Part shown: positions 61,091-64,000 of the stretch, one piece after another | How the letters are laid out: every line of letters starts with the position of its first letter | Numbering within the stretch: the stretch's first letter is position 1 | Source of the DNA: Callorhinchus milii | Lineage: Eukaryota | DNA length: 64,000 nucleotides | NCBI RefSeq assembly: GCF_018977255.1 | Contig: NW_024704742.1 | Location: 120,654,001 to 120,718,000, forward strand | Direction of reading: 5' to 3' | Program-made: the position numbers and the translations under genes | Notes under the pieces: model-generated | Database searches by the model: none | Told to the model about the DNA's origin: nothing | What the model saw: the letters and a program-made list of their open reading frames with translations, nothing else

Positions 61091-62229
61091 CCTCAATAAT
61101 ATGATAGCATTTAATATGGCGCCTTATCACGTTGTTGAGACGTCTCAAAGTGCTTCACAGAATATATTATAAAGTGGATTGACTGTGTGTTTTGTGAGTG
61201 ACATTTCACAAGTTTAAACTGAAGGTTCTCTTCATTGTAATTTATAACATTTTTAAATTTTAATAGAATATATAACTTTTGAGAATATGTAACTATTGTC
61301 ATCAGCTAGCTTAACCAGCTTTCAATATGTTCCTCTGTTGGCTTACATTCAAGAGTTTCTCTCTACTGCCTCTCCCTCTACCATCCCTTTCCCTCTGGTC
61401 TCCACCTTGCTCCACACTCTTGATTCCATCTCTCCTTTATGGAATTCACTACCTCAGAAGGCTGTAGATGCTCAGTCCTTGAACATCTTCAAGGCTGAGA
61501 CTGATAGATTTTTTAAAAAACAGAGGGATTAGGGGATATGGGGATAGGGCAGGTAATTAGAGTTAGGTCTGAAGATGGCGGGGCAGGCTCGAGGGGCCGA
61601 ATGGCCTACTCCTGCTCTTAATTCTTATGTTCTTATGTTCCTTCATTTCCTACGTGAAATCCACAACCTGCTCCGTTGAAGCCAATCCATACCCTCTCCT
61701 GTTTCATTTCCTTGCCCCCTATAGGCAGATTTGCGAATTTCTCCACTAATACAGTCCCACTTCCTTCAAAACCACTATCATTTCCCCCTTCTCAAAAAAA
61801 CTCCCTTGACCTTTCCATGCTCTGAAACTACCAACCTGCCGCTAACCTGCCCTTCCTCCACAATGTGCTGGAATGCGTTGCTGCTTTCCATATTTGCTCC
61901 CTACACCCCATCATGAATTTTTTGAACCCAGCGTTTGTCCAGTCCAACAATGTCCCAGTCAAAGTCATCAAGACATTCTCTCTGTCTGCAACTCTCTCTC
62001 TATTGTTCATCTCTCATTTGCTGCCTCCCACTCCTTGTTTGGGGTATATCTCAAACATACTTCTTTGACCGCTCATGGTCCCCACTGCTTTCTCTTCACC
62101 ACCTTCAGAGCTCCAACCCCCAGTTCGGATGCCCATCTAGCATTGACAATCTCTTTGGGAAATCTTCTCGACGTGAAGAGCACTATATAAATATAAATGT
62201 ATTCTATTGTATACAGACTGTTTTGTTGC

Positions 62230-62485
62230 AATACCCCCTTTGTTTTGCATCATTAACACCTCTTTAATCCATCGTCCCCTGTCCTCTACCCCATTTTCTC
62301 CATTGTATTCCTTGTCCTGCCTCCCCCATCTCTGTTAGCCCTTGAAAGCCTCTCCCTCCCAACATGCCCCAGTTCTGATGAAGGGTTGTGGAGCCGAAAC
62401 ATTGACTCACTTTCCTTTCTCCATAGATGCTGCCTGACCTGCTGAGTGTTTTTGTTTCAGATTTCCAGCAGTATTTTGCGTTTTG
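62230..62485 (+). mobile_element. Penelope-like element terminal-repeat remnant with a degenerate hammerhead motif
   Basis: CTGATGAAGGG...CCGAAAC followed by CCATAGATGCTGCCTGACCTGCTGAG...TTTCAGATTTCCAGCA. Confidence 0.65.
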
Positions 62486-62919
62486 TCAGACAAATCAGAC
62501 AAGGTGCACAACAAACAATTAGAGACAAGATATTGGGCTGGTATTAGTATTATCTTAGTATTCACCTTCCAGCAAAAATATTTATTAATTCAAATAACAA
62601 CTCCCTGGCTGGGTATTGGAAGCAAATATTAACAAGCATGTTAGTGAAAATGGAAATGGAACATTTTCTAACTTTGAATTCTCCCAATGTTAGCAATAAG
62701 TACTCCCAGGCCTTCCAGGAAGTTTTTCTTTACTCAGGTAATTAATGACTGGAACAGGTTTCTAGGAAAGTGGTTGATGCCAGGACACGAGATTTATTTA
62801 AAAGGCAGCTTCATGTTGTAATGGGGTCTCATAGAATAATAGAAATTTACAGCACAGAAGAAGGTCATTAAGAGCAATCTTAATGGTCCTATTGGCTTCC
62901 ATTTTGTCTACTTTGAGCT

Positions 62920-63200
62920 GCAGAAAGTTGGCGGTTATCCAGGACTTGATGTCTGACAAGCAAGAGGACAGAAATCAGTGGGCCTGGGGTTGCAGCTGGA
63001 GGAGCAGAAGTAGATTTGGGTGGCATCTGCATAGATGTGGAAGATGACTCCTGTCTGTGGATGACATCACTGAGAGGGAACGTGTAAATCAGGAAAAGAA
63101 GGGGCCAAGGATGGAACCTTGGGGAATATCACAGGTGACTGAGCAGGGGTGGGAAAACGTTTGCAGAGAAAAAGTAATGGCGGTTGGTTAAGTAGGACTT
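62920..63200 (-). mobile_element. old L2 RT fragment (another, plus strand, at ~61650-62200)
   Basis: Reverse complement encodes FHIYADATQIY and PQGSILGPLLF. Confidence 0.8.
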
Positions 63201-64000
63201 GGGAAGGGTAGATGTCCTGGAAGGTTAAGATTGGATAGGCCAAATGGCCTTCTTCATCCAAACCATTCTTGTGATCTTGTGAGATACGATAGTGTGATTA
63301 GATTTAGAAAGATACCTCCACTCTGTTCTAGATATTAACTATGAAGCTGGTTTTCTGTAGATGGTTTAAGATCTACAAAAACAGGCTTCAAAATTATAAT
63401 TGAATTAAAAAAAGTTACCAACTTATGCACACTCTGAAATACTAAAAAAATGTCTAAAGTCTAAACCAGGTTGAATTTCTCCCCAGAATAGTTGTTTTTC
63501 CTTTCCCAGGGAAAGTCGACTGAGGCCAATTGTAATTCCCAAGTAAGTCTGACACCATTTTCTTTAGTATTATTTTGCTAAAATGAAGAAGTACATTACA
63601 TAGCTATTTCTTTTTCAGTCCAGAATGTGTCTGCTTCAGTGGCAAAATCAATTCATTGTCTGAGTTAAAGTATACTTCTTGTACTTGGTTCACATCAATG
63701 GACTTTAACAAATGTTACTAATCTAAAGCAAACCCAATAGTTAAAAGATTTATGGTGCTGCAATTTGGCATATGATTGGAATCCAACACAGACTATTTTG
63801 TTCAAAGCATGTACAATAAATATTTTGTAAAACTTTTATAAATATTACAGTTATTTTGTGTGCTATTCTTTTCTGGGTAATAAAAGGGATTTTTTTTGCC
63901 AATTTTCTTTCTTAACCTCAGTCTTCAGATCGTCAGCAAGTCAACAACAACAACAACTTGCATTGATATAGCACCCTTCATGCTGGGAAGCATACCAGAG

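Noticed and set aside
37400..64000. HTR1A or another host gene upstream of RNF180
   Set aside because: No GPCR-like or other non-repeat long ORF in the track.

Overview
Repeat-rich vertebrate genomic DNA, most likely from a cartilaginous fish. The dominant repeats (tRNA-Ala-headed, Deu-domain, L2-tailed SINEs plus L2 and CR1 LINEs) resemble those of chimaeras such as the elephant shark; the taxon is an inference. The only host gene I can support is RNF180 (E3 ubiquitin ligase) on the minus strand. It has a CpG-island first exon (~35.6 kb) and three in-frame coding exons (32082-32186, 30999-31094, 26233-27279). I did not find the RING and transmembrane exons, which are presumably beyond the left edge. 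The rest is intron or intergenic DNA filled with decayed L2, CR1, Crack-like and Penelope-like fragments, SINEs, small inverted-repeat elements and tandem repeats. I see no evidence of a novel multi-gene system. The notable observations are structural: a perfect 74-bp palindrome, a 1.7-kb CTGTCAG/GTCT satellite abutting the RNF180 promoter, a 16-bp-TIR element with Helentron-like ends, an unclassified repeat family in six copies, a 22-bp direct-repeat-flanked L2-containing insert, tail-only insertion scars, a uORF whose stop overlaps the RNF180 start, and a degenerate hammerhead ribozyme. Repeat boundaries were placed by eye and are approximate.
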